DNA of 44,942 bases from Macrostomum lignano (lineage: Eukaryota): assembly GCA_002269645.1 (NCBI GenBank), contig NIVC01004466.1, positions 1-44,942 on the forward strand. Direction: 5' to 3'. Below, piece after piece: positions 26,945-39,652 of this stretch. Made by a program: the position numbers and the translations under genes. The notes under the pieces were generated by a model. It saw only the letters and a program-made list of their open reading frames with translations, searched no databases and was not told where the DNA came from. Numbering within the stretch: position 1 is the first letter of the stretch; every line of letters begins with the position of its first letter.

Positions 26945-28417
26945 CCCTATTGGAATAAGTTGACAAAATGCGGACGACCGTCCGTCGCATTTTTGGATTC
27001 TCCTGGTGTTGCGTCGCGCGACAGTGGTGTCAAGTGGTGTGTCCCGTTGCGCGACACTGTGGAAACCTGGTGTCGTCATGCATCATGTCGCGCGACACGA
27101 CACAATGAGACGCGAAAGTGTGGCAACTTGGCGGCTGGTGTCATCATGTGTCGCGTTGCGGCCTAGATCTGCAGCCAAAACCTTGCAAACTGTGTTTCAT
27201 TGTAATAATATGTTCACGGTTGTTTCTCGGTATTTAAATGTTTCAAACATGTTTGATAAAAACTAATTCTTGAATTGTTCTTTTTTGTTTTGACAGTAAA
27301 ATAACTAATGGCTCATTCCATATAAGCATGGTCGTAACATGACAGGTTATTTTTACTTATAAAATGAAATCTAATAATAGAATATACTAAACCAATATTT
27401 TAAATGAAAGATTATTTTGTCTAGAATATATTTATAGAGTTTCATATAGATATCATCATTAGTATAGATGCTATTAAACCTTAAATGACACTTATGGTCG
27501 TAACGACAGGATTTTTGACATATAGAAACTAAAAGGTAAAAGTCTTATAACATTTTTCATTTTTGATATTTTGCAATGCATTTTTAAAATTTGACTAAGA
27601 ACATCTTTAGAAATCATACTCTTTTATTAGAATATATAAACTCAAAAGGCAACAAAGATACAAAAGAAAAGGCAGCCTTATGGTCGTAACATTATGGTCG
27701 TAACATATTTTTTTCTGTCAATTCAGTAACTTTGAGGTACTAATACATTAAAAATATAATAGATTATTTGGTCACCAATGCTTTTATCTGATGATGCAAG
27801 TACTATACTTTTATCTATAGTTTGTTTCAACCTTCAAAAGCTTTCTATTTGTTTTTAAAAGGTACAAAATCTTAATGATGTCTTTTGCTTCAAAAAATGT
27901 CCAAATTTTTACAAAAATGACTTTTTGCCAATTGATAACATACTAATCCAACATTTTACCATTCCTTTATTCTTAGATTGTATATATTGCACAATATAAA
28001 CATTTAGTAAAAAAATAGGCTAATTAGGCAATGGCAAGCAAAAATATTGACTTTTTTCTATTTTCCAAATATGTCCATCTTATATGGAATGAGCCTAATA
28101 CTTCAAATATAATTTTTAGAAATGTTACTTGTTAGTTACAATGCATGCGCTGTTTTTCTAACTGTTGTACCTTTGTTGTTTTACTGTTTATTGTTTTTAA
28201 ATTTCATTTCTTTTTCCGCAAAATTGAAAGGAATACTCTCGTCCCTCGCTCCATGGTCTTGGTGTTGGGAGTGAACGGCAGAACGAGAATTGTCAATTGT
28301 AACGTGGCTGCCGAATGGCCCCGGTCAACAAAATTTGGTGCCGCGTTGCACTTTTGAGGGCACAATTTTGGCACCCGTGTCACGCGTCGCGGGTTTTTGA
28401 AACTTATTCCAATAGGG
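26945..28417. mobile_element. Non-autonomous TIR element with 8-bp TSD, nested in the Harbinger
   Basis: TIR CCCTATTGGAATAAGTT / AACTTATTCCAATAGGG; TSD GTCTATGG at 26937-26944 and 28418-28425. Confidence 0.88.
27310..28095. mobile_element. Non-autonomous TIR element with 4-bp TSD, nested in the previous element
   Basis: TIR GGCTCATTCCATATAAG / CTTATATGGAATGAGCC; TSD TAAT at 27306-27309 and 28096-28099. The internal motif ATGGTCGTAAC occurs 4 times. Confidence 0.85.
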
Positions 28418-29755
28418 GTCTATGGCAGAGACCCACACTAGCATGCTTTTAGCCATGGCTTACTAGCCGTTGCTTTTTAGCATGGTGTTGTGAAACCACT
28501 TTTTCAGACGCGTCTAAATAGCATGGCTAAACTAGCTGCTGCTAACTGCTAACTGCTAGCTGTTTCGTGAAATCGGCCCTAGGAGTAACTATAAATGTCT
28601 TATTAAGCAAAAATGCCTCGTCAGCTACTTAGTACTACTACTTGGTGTTTTTCTTGGATGGGCATTTTTGCCACTGCCTTGGTTGGCTGCCAAATTGGTC
28701 GGCCAGATTGGCTGACTCGGCCAACTGTTGCGCATGTATGTATGCAAGCGCCACCAACAGTTGTTAGGAGGCCTGTCATACAATGCTTTTTACATGTTAG
28801 TTGGCCTGTGTGTGGATCACATAGCTACCCTGGGGTGAGGCATGTCAACTGCCCTACTAAACTGACCTACTAAACTTATCCAGTTAATAAAATAATAACT
28901 AATAAGCTCCAAGTCCATTCATTCATAATAACTAATTGAAGCCCTCCTAATTTTCCATTGAATCATTGTCATTTGCCAATGGGGCATTCAACAACCAAAT
29001 TAATCTCATCTCTGAATGAGCTAAGATCTTAATGTTTTGTAATACAAAATTACAATAGTGGCAATGCTACTTTCTTATTTGTAAGCAAAACTAAGAGAAA
29101 CCATGCACATTGAAATTATAGAGTCTACAACTTAATCTAATTGACCATACCTGTTTCAAAAACCACTCGACTGTGATTATAACCCATAGTCAGGATCATG
29201 GCATGGCACGAGTATGCCGGAATAAAAAGTCAGTAAAAAAGGTACGCTGTGTATGCCAAGATTAGAACCCAGTGGTACACCGACGGACCGGGGGAGGGGG
29301 GTAGGTAGGGGTAGCAGTGCATGTAAAGGATTAGAAATTGAAATTGAAATTTGCTACTTTCCAAAATCAAAATCGAAAGCGAAGTTTTCCGAAATCAAAA
29401 TTCAAAAAAACAAAGTTTAGTACAACGAACACTCACTTTTCTACTTTCAATTTATTACTCATTTTTTAAAATCTAAATTTGATTTAAAATTCCAAATTTT
29501 GGAAAATCAAAATAAAAATCGAAATTTTGGAACATCTCTAAAAAGTCAAGCTTTAACAAAGTTTTCAATTGTGTTGAAATTTCAATGACTTTAACAAAAG
29601 AAAATTAGCACTAGAAAAAAACATTTTTTTCCTTTTCAGTTTTAAAACAGTTTTTAAAAATAGATTTTATGCATCAGGATTCAAGATATTGTGGGTGGGC
29701 AGGGGCCCACGCCCACGGAGGCGCGGTATATAATTATGTCGTGGCATGCCATTGC

Positions 29756-32700
29756 CAGGGACTACTCAAACATTGGGACGGGAAACTAGGCAAATCATGG
29801 CGAAGTTTTTACAAGGCTGGTTTGTTAGCAGCTGACGAGGCTGGCTGGCTTATTTGTATAGAGCGATACTTTGTTGTCTATGGTTATTTTCTATTATTTG
29901 AAGCTTGTGATACCATTATTTCCACTGCAGTCTAGCAGGGGATGCTTGCATTATATTATAGCAGCTAAATTTCTGGCAAATGCGCAGGACAAGCTCAATT
30001 TTTCTGCTTGTGTTGTTGGCATCAATGCCAAGAAAGTGCAGCGTTGTTGGCTGCAAGTCAAATTACGAGTCCGAACGATTGGCTACGAAAGTCCATCTGT
30101 TTCCAAGGACTCGGTTGAGCAAGAGCGATGGAAAAAGGCCCTGCCGAACATCCTAGAGGTAGGCGCTATTTACTATAAGGTAAATTGTGCCAATATATAT
30201 GCAAATTTTTTCTTTATTGGCAAGTGTTTTTTCCTTTATTCCGCCTTTCAGTCTGTAACAGATCACATGGGAATCTGCGCCAAACACTGGCCACCGAACA
30301 CAACAATGGTGAAAAAGCGACGATTTGAGTCACCAAAGGATCCACCTTCTATTTTCAATGGTGTTCCTCTATCTTGCCTGGTCCAGAACCAAGGTATGAC
30401 TATACTTTGAATACCTATTTGTACTTTAGACTTTAGCATTTGGTTCATAAATTTCTCAAGGTTCCCACCATAAATGTTTTTACATTTTAGAACGCAATAG
30501 GGATGTGAAGACAAGAGGTGTTCTCTCTGACGCACGAGGTGGCTTAGCGGATGAATTAGAGAGTTTCAGCTGAGCGACACCATATCTTTGTGGAATGGTT
30601 TCTGTGACTCCGTACAGGACTCTGAAATAGTCAAACGCCACTCCTTAGTGGTTACATTTCTTCAGCAAGATTTATATATGTTTTCATTGGACTCCAATGG
30701 CGACATGCTTGTTTGATTATTTATTTCGCCAAATTTTGCTGTTTGCGCCTACATAATGCACACGCCAGTTAATGTTTGCAACCTACTTGGATTTCAACCC
30801 ACGCTGAAGTTTTGGTCGCAACTGGATGCAATTATCGTACAATGCAACAACTCTGAGTTTTCAGTTGAGAACGAGATTTTGTATTTCATGAAAAGCAACA
30901 TATTAGCCATTGACAGTGCAGCGCTAGAGATTTCGAATCCAACTATTAAATTCTTGCTTGAAGAGTTAAAGCTAACACTGGACTCACCGACTGCTCGCAG
31001 ATATAGCACTACTATCATCCGGAAGTCAGCCTTACTTTACCTGATCAGTAGCTCCGCATATTCATATATTAGAACACTCATTCCATTGCCTTATCAGTGC
31101 ACGCTACAACATCAACTCGCAGAATGGGAGAGGTGGCACGGAGGATGATGCACTCAAAATTACGCGATTGGTTTTTTCAAAGATTTTTGGTCCTCAGCGA
31201 AATTGCGTTCTGATGTTCGATGAAATGTACGTACAACCTTCCATTCGATATTGGTGCAAACATCTGATGGGACGTGCTAGCGAGGATCCCAGTCAGGCTG
31301 CATGAACAGTTTTAGCCATCATGGTAAAGCCTCTTTTTGGTGGAAAGCTGTTTGTGATGCTATTAGTGCCCATTTTTTTTCTGGCTGCAGACTTTCTTCA
31401 CATCAGCTAAGTCACTGCATAGGCATCATCAACAGTCAAGGCGGTCGCGTAATTGCACTGGTTTGCGATAACCATCCTGTGAATCGAAAGTGTTTTTCTC
31501 TTTTTCGTGACAACCTTCACATCAAGCCCTGGATTGGCAGAGATCCCTCACAGGAGTCCGTTTTCTATATGATAAACGACTCAGTGCATCTGTTGAAATG
31601 CCTTAGAAACAATTGGCAAACAGAAAAAACTGGAATACTCACACTCCATATACCAAGCAATGGCCAGACTATATCGGCAAAGTGAAACAATTTGATCAGA
31701 GCATACAAAAGCGAAGAAAATCATGTTGTAAAGTGATCTGATCTAACCTTCGAAGCTTGCTACCCATCTAGCATTCAAAAAACTAAAGTAAGTCTAGCTT
31801 TGCAAGTTTTTAATGAAAAAGTGGCAGCTGCACTTAAGTGCAATGGTCATTATGAAACTGCTAGCTTTGTGGAGACTATTTTAAAGTTGTGGAACATAGT
31901 GAACTGCAAGAATCTAGATCTACATGTTCGATTTAATGATCCCAGCAGGAAACCTATTTTTTCTGTTCATGACGACAACATCACATTTTTGAAAGATTTT
32001 GCCAAGTCTATCAAACAGTCATAGTGCGGAAAAGGGCGCACCCGCTACCGATGTCTCACGGCTGAGACTAAGTTGGCTATTTCGTATTCCTTGCGTGGCA
32101 TGGTGGACCTTTGCGAAGATCTGCTCTTGTATCCTGAAATTTCCTTTGTTCTACTAGGGAATTTTCAGAGCGATCCTCTAGAAGGAGAGTTTGGAGTTTA
32201 TCGGCAGATGAGCGGTGGCAATTATTTTATATCTGTCGAGCAAGTCCTACTGAGTGCACGACTAAGACACATGAAAATTTTTGCAAGTCTTGAATTGGAC
32301 AACTATCACCATAATAAGAGTCCATGTTGCACCAGGGAAATTTCTGAACAGGAACTGACAGCATTAGACAGCTGTCCATCAAATACAGATGGCATTGCTC
32401 TCTCAGAAAAGGCTTCCCTTTATTTCATCGCTGGTAAGATTTCTTTTCTTGCTGTATCTAATTAGTATATAGCCCCCAACTAATTGTATTTTTGGTGAGC
32501 TAAAGTAGCAGTAATTAAATGGATCTTTTTCAGGCTATATCTGTGTCAAGAGAAAATTAAAGGTGTCGACAGAGAATTTGCATTTGCGGACAGCACAAAA
32601 GAAGAAGCCAGTGAATTCACTCAGTTACTATCGCGGGGAAAGCTACGGCACCCCCCAGAGTGGCTGTTTTCATTTCTAACTCTCTGCTACGCATGCTTCA

Positions 32701-33372
32701 CTGCCCACTCACCCGTTTGTGCAACGAGAGTGCAGACACTATTTACAACTATAGCTGAAAATTTCTTTCATTACATTGACTTCAACGTCCAAGGTGTGAC
32801 ACGAAGAGCAACAAACACGTTCTTTAAGGGACTTGTCCGGAGATCATTGAAGGTGGGTCCATCATCCGTCACTGTTCAAGAGAGAAAGACAAAAAAACTT
32901 AAAAGTGCATGATATTGCGGACCAGACAAGTTCATATCTATTGAAAATTCCCAACTATTCAATGCTTAAATTTGTTAAATATTTTTTCGCATTTGTTCAT
33001 TTTCTCGTCTGTGTATATATATGTTCAAACTTCACATATTTTAATGCTCATATCCACTGTGTGAGTTAACTTTTTATTGTTCGTCTGTTCCATGTTCACT
33101 ATTCACCCCTTACAAATAGCCCTCAATGTTACCTTATATGTTTTATGAACTATTTTTCCAGTGCACTTTCAAGTAAATATACACAGTTCATAAAAGCACC
33201 TGAATCTTAAAATTCACAGATATACTTGTAATAAAATATAAAATTTATTGAAGATTTATTGAAATATTGAAATAGCTACTGCTGCATTGGCGCAGCCATA
33301 GATTCAACCAGCCTCGTAAAAACTTTGCCATGATTTGCCTAGTTTCCCATCCCGATGTTTGAGTAGTCCCTG
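29756..33372 (+). mobile_element. P-element (THAP9-like) DNA transposon
   Basis: About 67-bp TIR starting CAGGGACTACTCAAACAT (29756-29822 pairs with 33306-33372, few mismatches); 8-bp TSD GCCATTGC at 29748-29755 and 33373-33380. Confidence 0.92.
30025..32912 (+). pseudogene. Intron-containing THAP plus P-element transposase, disrupted by stops and frameshifts
   Basis: THAP: MPRKCSVVGC..FP..ERWKK..|..ICAKHW..PPSIF, with introns at 30159-30251 and 30394-30490. Core: LMFDEM, LVCDNHPVN, DSVHLLKCLRNNW, VSLALQVF, NFQSDPLEGEFGVYRQMSGGNY. Confidence 0.9.
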
Positions 33373-33380
33373 GCCATTGC

Positions 33381-33924
33381 CCATAGTCAGGAAGGTAGCA
33401 CAGTGTGTGCCGGAATAATTTTTTGGGACGATTTGTGCGCCATCTATGCGCCATTTGTGCGCTGTCTGTGCGCCACTCTTCATAAGTAGAGTTTTCTAAG
33501 AAAGGCCTTCGTACGAAAAGCCTTTTTAAAATGTTACGCATATTTTCATCTTAAACAAACTTAAATTATACTTACAAATAGAGTAATGCAAAGTTGACGT
33601 TTTTAGCAATAATTTATACTAATTTTATTTATTGTTAATTTAAATTTAAAAGAAGCAAAAAGTTTATCACTGACTTTCTAGACTATACAAATCTCCTTTA
33701 TTTTACGTAAAATTGTTAATTTGCATTACAATTTTCATGCATGTCAGGGACCTTATGCGCCACAATTATGCGCCGCATGCGCTAGGGACCTCAGTGTGCG
33801 CCATGATTGTGCACCAAGTGCACTAAGGACCCTTTGTGTGCGCCACGCTTGTGCACCAATGTGCACCGAGACCCTTTGTGTGCATGGGAATTTTCATCCT
33901 CAGAGGCCACCTTCCTGACTATGG
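33381..33924. mobile_element. MITE (TIR CCATAGTCAGGAAGGT) with 8-bp TSD shared with the P element
   Basis: CCATAGTCAGGAAGGT ... ACCTTCCTGACTATGG; GCCATTGC at 33373-33380 and 33925-33932; many internal TGTGCGCC/TGTGCAC motifs. Confidence 0.88.
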
Positions 33925-36287
33925 GCCATTGCATGCCATGGGGTACTTTCTCTAAACTGTGGTACGCTGTATATGCCAAAATTGGCCCAAAATTTCTCTA
34001 TGTACGCCAGAATTTTCCAAGTAAAATGCCATCTTCCTGACTATATTATAAGGGGAGGGTAGTTGTAACTTATAACTACCCTCCCCTTGCACTTGAGGAT
34101 CTGGCAAATAGAGTATCTAGAGTATCTAGAGTAAATAGAGAAAGCTACCACAACAAAACTGCACAATTTTTCTGGCTTTACAAGTGTCAAGATAGGCCTA
34201 ATGAAAGTAGCACAACAAAGTTGAAACTGCCTTAACCCATTGGTGTCAGCAACAACCAACTAACACATTTTTTTCTGTGCTGCCTCATTAGACATTAGGT
34301 TATATTCAAATTGTTAGGCTCCCTACAAGAAAAAGGCTTATGATATATTTTACAATTGAACTATTAGGCCTAATTTTTATTTAGTCTTAAAAACAAATAA
34401 AAACAATAGGCCCTATAAGGACTATATTGTAGACAGTTGTAAAGGCCTATGGCAGTGGCAATGGGCCAATGGCAATGGTATCAAAGGACAAAGATAGTAG
34501 TATGACAATTTGTTTCTAAGCAAAGCTAAAGCTAGAGGTAGAGGTAGAATCCACTCGAATTTTCACAAATTGCTTTTTTATTCTATTTCTACTTCTGCCT
34601 AATTTCCTTGCAAAGTAAAAGATAGGTCTACTAACACCTAATTTGCAACAAGTAGTAGTAAATTTGGCTCAGGCAAGGAGCCTGTTTTGCCAATATTAAA
34701 CGATGTATTTAGTATTTGTTAACAAACCTACTTTTCATTCAAAATTGAATTTTGTGTGCATATAAACAAAGAATGGGACTCTAGTGGGAATAATGGGAAT
34801 TTAGTTAAAATTTTTTAATGCTAAATTGATTTGGGACTTTGGGTTCGGTTCCGCGTGCCGGTGCCGGTAAGCCATTTCCGATTTCGGCGAAAGCTATTTC
34901 AAAATTAATAAATTTAAAAAGTAGGGCTCCATAGTAAGAGCTTAGCTGACTTAACAGTAAAATTTTTTTTCTTTATTGCAGTTTTTTGACTAACTATTCC
35001 TGAGCCTACTCTTTTATATAAGTAGGTATTTGTTTAAAAGTTGTGCATTTTCCTAGAAACTGATGCACAAAATCAGATCAGATCACCGCTGTGCATATTG
35101 CGGCCATAGGTACCGTTGGCCTAGAGTCTTGACAAATGCAGTATTTGGGATTTTATTAATGAATTCAATCTATTAAGTTTGCCACGTCATGTCAATGTCA
35201 CCCTATGTATCGTAGGCTCTTCAGCTTCAGCCTGACTAGTAGGCTAAGGCGCAGGCGGATATATTTTATAAGCAAGGCCTAGCCTAGGCAATAAATATAT
35301 AAATAGGCCTACATAGATACATCATGTTGTACTAATAAGTATTGCATAATTCATTTCATTAGGCCTAATCTCAATTTTCCGAAACTTAGAACCTTGCACC
35401 AGAGCTAGCTAGGGCTTAACTTCTTTAAACAGTAAACTCTTAATTAAAAAAAAACTCTTCTATTGACTTTTTACTTTACTGTTTATTATTAACATTTATC
35501 ATATGCACTTTTAAATATAAATGTTCACTATTTTAATTTTTTCAAAAACAAAAAGAAAAAAGTACTGCATCTTAAGCTGGCATCAGTCAATAAGTCATGT
35601 TACTTCTAGTAAATTTGGCAACAAGAAATTTTTTCAGCTAGGCCTAGCTTTTTTAGTGATGAGCGGTGAGCTATAGTTTCCTATGGCTATATTCCTAGTT
35701 TCCTATAGGAAAAATTCCTATATGACATGCATGGTCTTTCAAAAATCTGCAAGTGGCACATAGCCATTTTTACTAACATATAGCTAGGCCCTATGTATTT
35801 ATTTATGTGTGTGCATAGCAAATTATCCAGACTTAAGGTTACAAAATTCCAAGAAAATTCCAGCATATAATTATTAATAATATTATAAATGGATCCATGT
35901 CAATAATTTTCAGCTTATCCCCATGGCTAAGATTGTGCAGTTGTTTGTGTTTAGTTTTGTGTACTAACATAACATCAATATTGTCATTATTATTAGTAGG
36001 CCCCTAAGGCCTAATATTATCTTTATTATTATATATTGATAGTTGAATTTTGCAAGTCTTATTCGCATTCTTTGGGTCATTTGGTTGTTCTAAGTAAAGC
36101 CGGCAGCTAAGCAAATATTTAAAATTAACCCTTTTAATGACAAAAAGTTTTAACAAAGTTTTAACTTGATACTATTTAGTATTCAATACATGTAGTTTAT
36201 TTGGAAGGTTTGTAAAATAGTAAAAACAAAAAGACTGTTTTTGATTTTTGAACAAATTCATTTCAAGGTTCTTTATTCCAATAAGCT

Positions 36288-36475
36288 GCCATAGGAATAA
36301 GCTGGAAATTATTGACATATCTGTGTGGATAAAATTGGAATTATTGACACGGCTTATAGACTTGAATGGTGGCAGCTATTTCAATAAGCTACTGTGGAGA
36401 TAAGCTAGAAATGATTGACACAGAACCATATGTATAAAATTGGAATTATCAGCATGGGACTGTGGGGATAAGCAC
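36288..36475. repeat. Degenerate, about 32-bp tandem repeat (GATAAGCTGGAAATTATTGACA / ATAAAATTGGAATTATTGACA alternating)
   Basis: Motifs recur at about 36288, 36319, 36398, 36431 and 36467. Confidence 0.55.
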
Positions 36476-37344
36476 TTCCATAAATGATACCTTTTAAAGT
36501 TGGCATACAAATTTCAAAGTTCAAATTCATGCAAAAAATGGCATACAGTTTTCATTGTACAAAATCATGCCAATTTTTTGTGTACTGCATACATGAAAAT
36601 TGTAATATAAATCCACACTCTAGATCATGCAGTATGTACCCAAAACTTGTGCATGCATTGGCCTTGCATGCCAAAAGTAATTGTGTGTATGCATACAAAT
36701 AGTGTGTACAAATAGTGTGTATGCATACCTAACTTACTTGACTTAGCTGCAGAAGGCATCTGGCGGATGCAACAGGGAGGTGGAAAAGACTGCCTATTCT
36801 ACTAGGCCTTGGCAACCAGACTTCTATTCAAGTGATGTTGCTTAGGGGGACCCATTGGTCTTGCCTATAGTGCAGTCTTCCTTACCAGCATTGGGGGAAG
36901 AGATCAGCTCATCCTGTCCCTTAGGTACTAGGCGAGTAGCAGAATGTGTGCATACCTGGCATGCACTTCATAGAATCACATAGAAGAGAAAAAGATGAAA
37001 ATAGGTTTATTTTAAGCATAAATTTCAAGCCTTTTGGATTTTTAAGCTCATAATAAAGCATTTAAACAAATCTTTACATATATTAATTTTCCACTATAAA
37101 TAGTATTGTCAAAAAAAGCAGAAAAATGAACCAAATTATTTGCCAAAAAAGGTTTATTACACAATTGAAAAAAGTTTATTTATTGTCACAATATTTAAAA
37201 AGGGTCATTTATTGTTGCAACTTTTGTAAAAGTAACAAAAATATAACAAAAAAGTTTTCACAGAGATAACACACATTTGTCTAAATTGAATATATCCCTA
37301 GACTACAAGCATCCGGCTATCTTCCTAAATAGCTAGTATTCATT

Positions 37345-37750
37345 GGCAGCAAGCATCCTCTAATGACAAGCACCCCCTCCCTGCCTCAAGGTAGCAAATA
37401 TACAAGATAGCAAGCAACTCCACAGATAAAAGCAATCCTAGACAGTAAGCATCATACCCCCCCCCCCCAAGATAGCAAGCATATGCCCAAATATAATAGC
37501 AAGCATACCTTCCATTTAATACAATACCAAGCATCCCCCAGTTAGCATATTCCAAGATGGCAAGTACCCCCCCCCTTCTCAAGAACAAACCTCTTGCCTC
37601 CCCAATATCAAGCATCCCCTAATCATCTAGTCCAATAATGATGTCTCATTAAGTGCAATAATCTTTTACTTATCAAGTGCATTAATCCTTTGCTTATTAA
37701 GTGCAGTAATCCTTGGCTTATCAAGTGCAGTATTCCTTGGCTTATCAAGT
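37345..37750. repeat. Degenerate low-complexity repeats (AGCAAGCATCCCC-like, then about 4 x 24-bp TTATCAAGTGCAxTAATCCTTgGC)
   Basis: Seen directly. Confidence 0.6.
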
Positions 37751-38244
37751 ACTTTCTATAAGCTTTCAATAAACTACTAAGATTCAAACCCAGGTTGTTG
37801 CATTAGCAGTTCAGTCTATTCATATCTAGGTTAGCTCTCGTTGAATTTATATATGAATTTGTAGCTCTTATAATTCAATACTCACACCAAAGTCAGTGAT
37901 GACATAATCAATTTCTGAGCCAAGTCAGTACTAGCCGCTATGGTAACTTATTGTTTATAACTTTTGTATTAATATATAAATTAGATATTTGTCTAAATGT
38001 AGCCTATATAAAACTATTCAAGCTTGACTCAACTACTTAAAATGTGTTTTACTGGGAAAACTAGTTTACTAGTTTACATACATAAAATGTGTACAGTTCT
38101 TTTCTTCGCTGTACAGTTCTTTTCTACTTGCTCTAACACTAAACTGTGTGCTCAGGATTGAGCAGTTGCTGCAGTCTAACGGAGCCGCACACCAACTTGC
38201 AGTCCAACAGTCTCAAGCACAGCAGCGCCGTCCAGCGCCAGTGA

Positions 38245-38965
38245 ATGAGCAGCGACACGGATCCGCAGGCTGCTCACAGCCAGTCTGGCTGCGTCAGCCT
38301 TGAAGACGCCCGCGCAATCTGCGACCGTCTGGTTGCTCAGCTGCTCCGTGACGAGTCCCAGCTGCAGCTGGAGACGGTGTGCGAGTGTGGCAAGCAGATC
38401 TCCAAGCTGTACTATGACTGCAAAGAGCACAGGCCGGCTCTGGCGCGCCACCTGCACAGCCTGGGCTACCCGCAGTTCGCTGTCCGCACAATGAAGCGAT
38501 TAAACAGTTTAGGCGTGTTTAAAAATGACGATATCTGGTTCTCATCGCACTATCTGTACACAGCGGCTCTGAACTACTCTGAGCAGAGCGCCGAGTTTGC
38601 CGGCGCCCTGGCCAGCAGCGGCATCACCAACCTGCTAGTGGCGAACATCGGCCACCGGCCTTACCTGGACAATCTGGCTAGCAAGAATGTGGTCTACCTG
38701 ATCCGGGCCTCGCTCAGCCTGCTGTACCGGCTGCTGTGGCACAGTCCTGACTATGCTGTCCAGCTCACTTCCGGCGGCGATGCCGGGGTGGTTGTTGGCG
38801 GCGGCGGGTTCGCGTTGAAGCGCGGCCTGCTGGACTTGGCGGGCGGCGCGTCTCAGGCGCCGGAGGCTGTCCGCTGTCTGTGCCTGTTCGTGCTGTCCCG
38901 GCTGCTCTGCGAGGCCGACTGCGGCGCCTTGCTAGGGGGGATGACGGTCAGCAACTGCTGGCGAG
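38245..38965 (+). CDS. ARM-TIR-SAM protein, exon 1 (helical/ARM-like N-terminus)
   Basis: Leu-rich helical ORF from ATG 38245 with donor gtgag at 38966. One G missing from the G6 run at 38935-38940 restores GGDDGQQLLAR and phase 2 into exon 2. Confidence 0.72.
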
Positions 38966-38989
38966 GTGAGCTGCCGAGCTGCATTTTTG

Positions 38990-39580
38990 GGCAGGTTGGG
39001 AATCGGGGGGGGCAGATTGGGAATGGGGGGGGGCAGATTGGGAATCGGGGGGGGGGCAGATTGGGAATCGGGGTAAGGGGGGGCAGATTGGGAATCGGAG
39101 GGGGAGGGCAGATTGGGAATCGGGGTAAGGGGGGCAGATTGGGAATCGGGGTAAGGGGGGCAGATTGGGAATCGAGGGGGGGGGCAGATTGAAAATCGGG
39201 GAGGGACAGATTGGGAATCGGAGGGGGAGGGCAGATTGGGAATCGGGGTAAGGGGGGCAGATTGAGAGTCGAGGGGGGGGGCAGATTGAAAATCGGGGGG
39301 GGGGGGAGGAGCAGATTGGGAATCGGAGGGGGAGTGCAGATTGGCAATCGGGGTAAGGGGGGGCAGATTGAAAATCGGGGGAGGAGCAGATTGGGAATCG
39401 GAGGGGAGTGCAGATTGGGAATCGGGGTAAGGGGGGGGCAGATTGAAAATCGGGGGAGGAGCAGATTGGGAATCGGAGGGGGAGTGCAGATTAGGAATCG
39501 GGGTAAGGGGGGGGGGTAGATTGGGAATCGAGGGGGGGGCAGATTGGGAATCGCCCGGGCGGATTGAAAATCGGGGGGGG
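38990..39580. repeat. G-rich minisatellite of about 18-20 bp (GGCAGATTGGGAATCGGGG) filling the TIR-gene intron
   Basis: Seen directly; about 30 units with multiple G-runs. Confidence 0.93.
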
Positions 39581-39652
39581 GCGCCAGACTGAATGGGTAA
39601 GTAGTCATAAGAGTAAATCGTCAATAGCAAAATGAATTCGGGCATCCCGCAG

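Larger units (their letters stand above)
24451..28579. mobile_element. PIF/Harbinger DNA transposon with nested insertions
   Basis: Perfect 19-bp TIR GGGCCGATTTCACGAAACA / TGTTTCGTGAAATCGGCCC. Flanking triplets are CAG and TAG (3-bp TSD with one mismatch). Contains convergent nuclease and Myb/SANT genes. Confidence 0.92.
29184..34044. mobile_element. Older outer non-autonomous element of the CCATAGTCAGGA-TIR family, hosting the P element and MITE
   Basis: Left end CCATAGTCAGGATC..GTATGCCGGAATAA; right end CTTCCTGACTAT; imperfect flanks ATTATAAC and ATTATAAG. The ends are degenerate. Confidence 0.5.

Noticed and set aside
29830-29845. CTGACGAG hammerhead core near the P-element TIR
   Set aside because: No matching GAAA or stems nearby.
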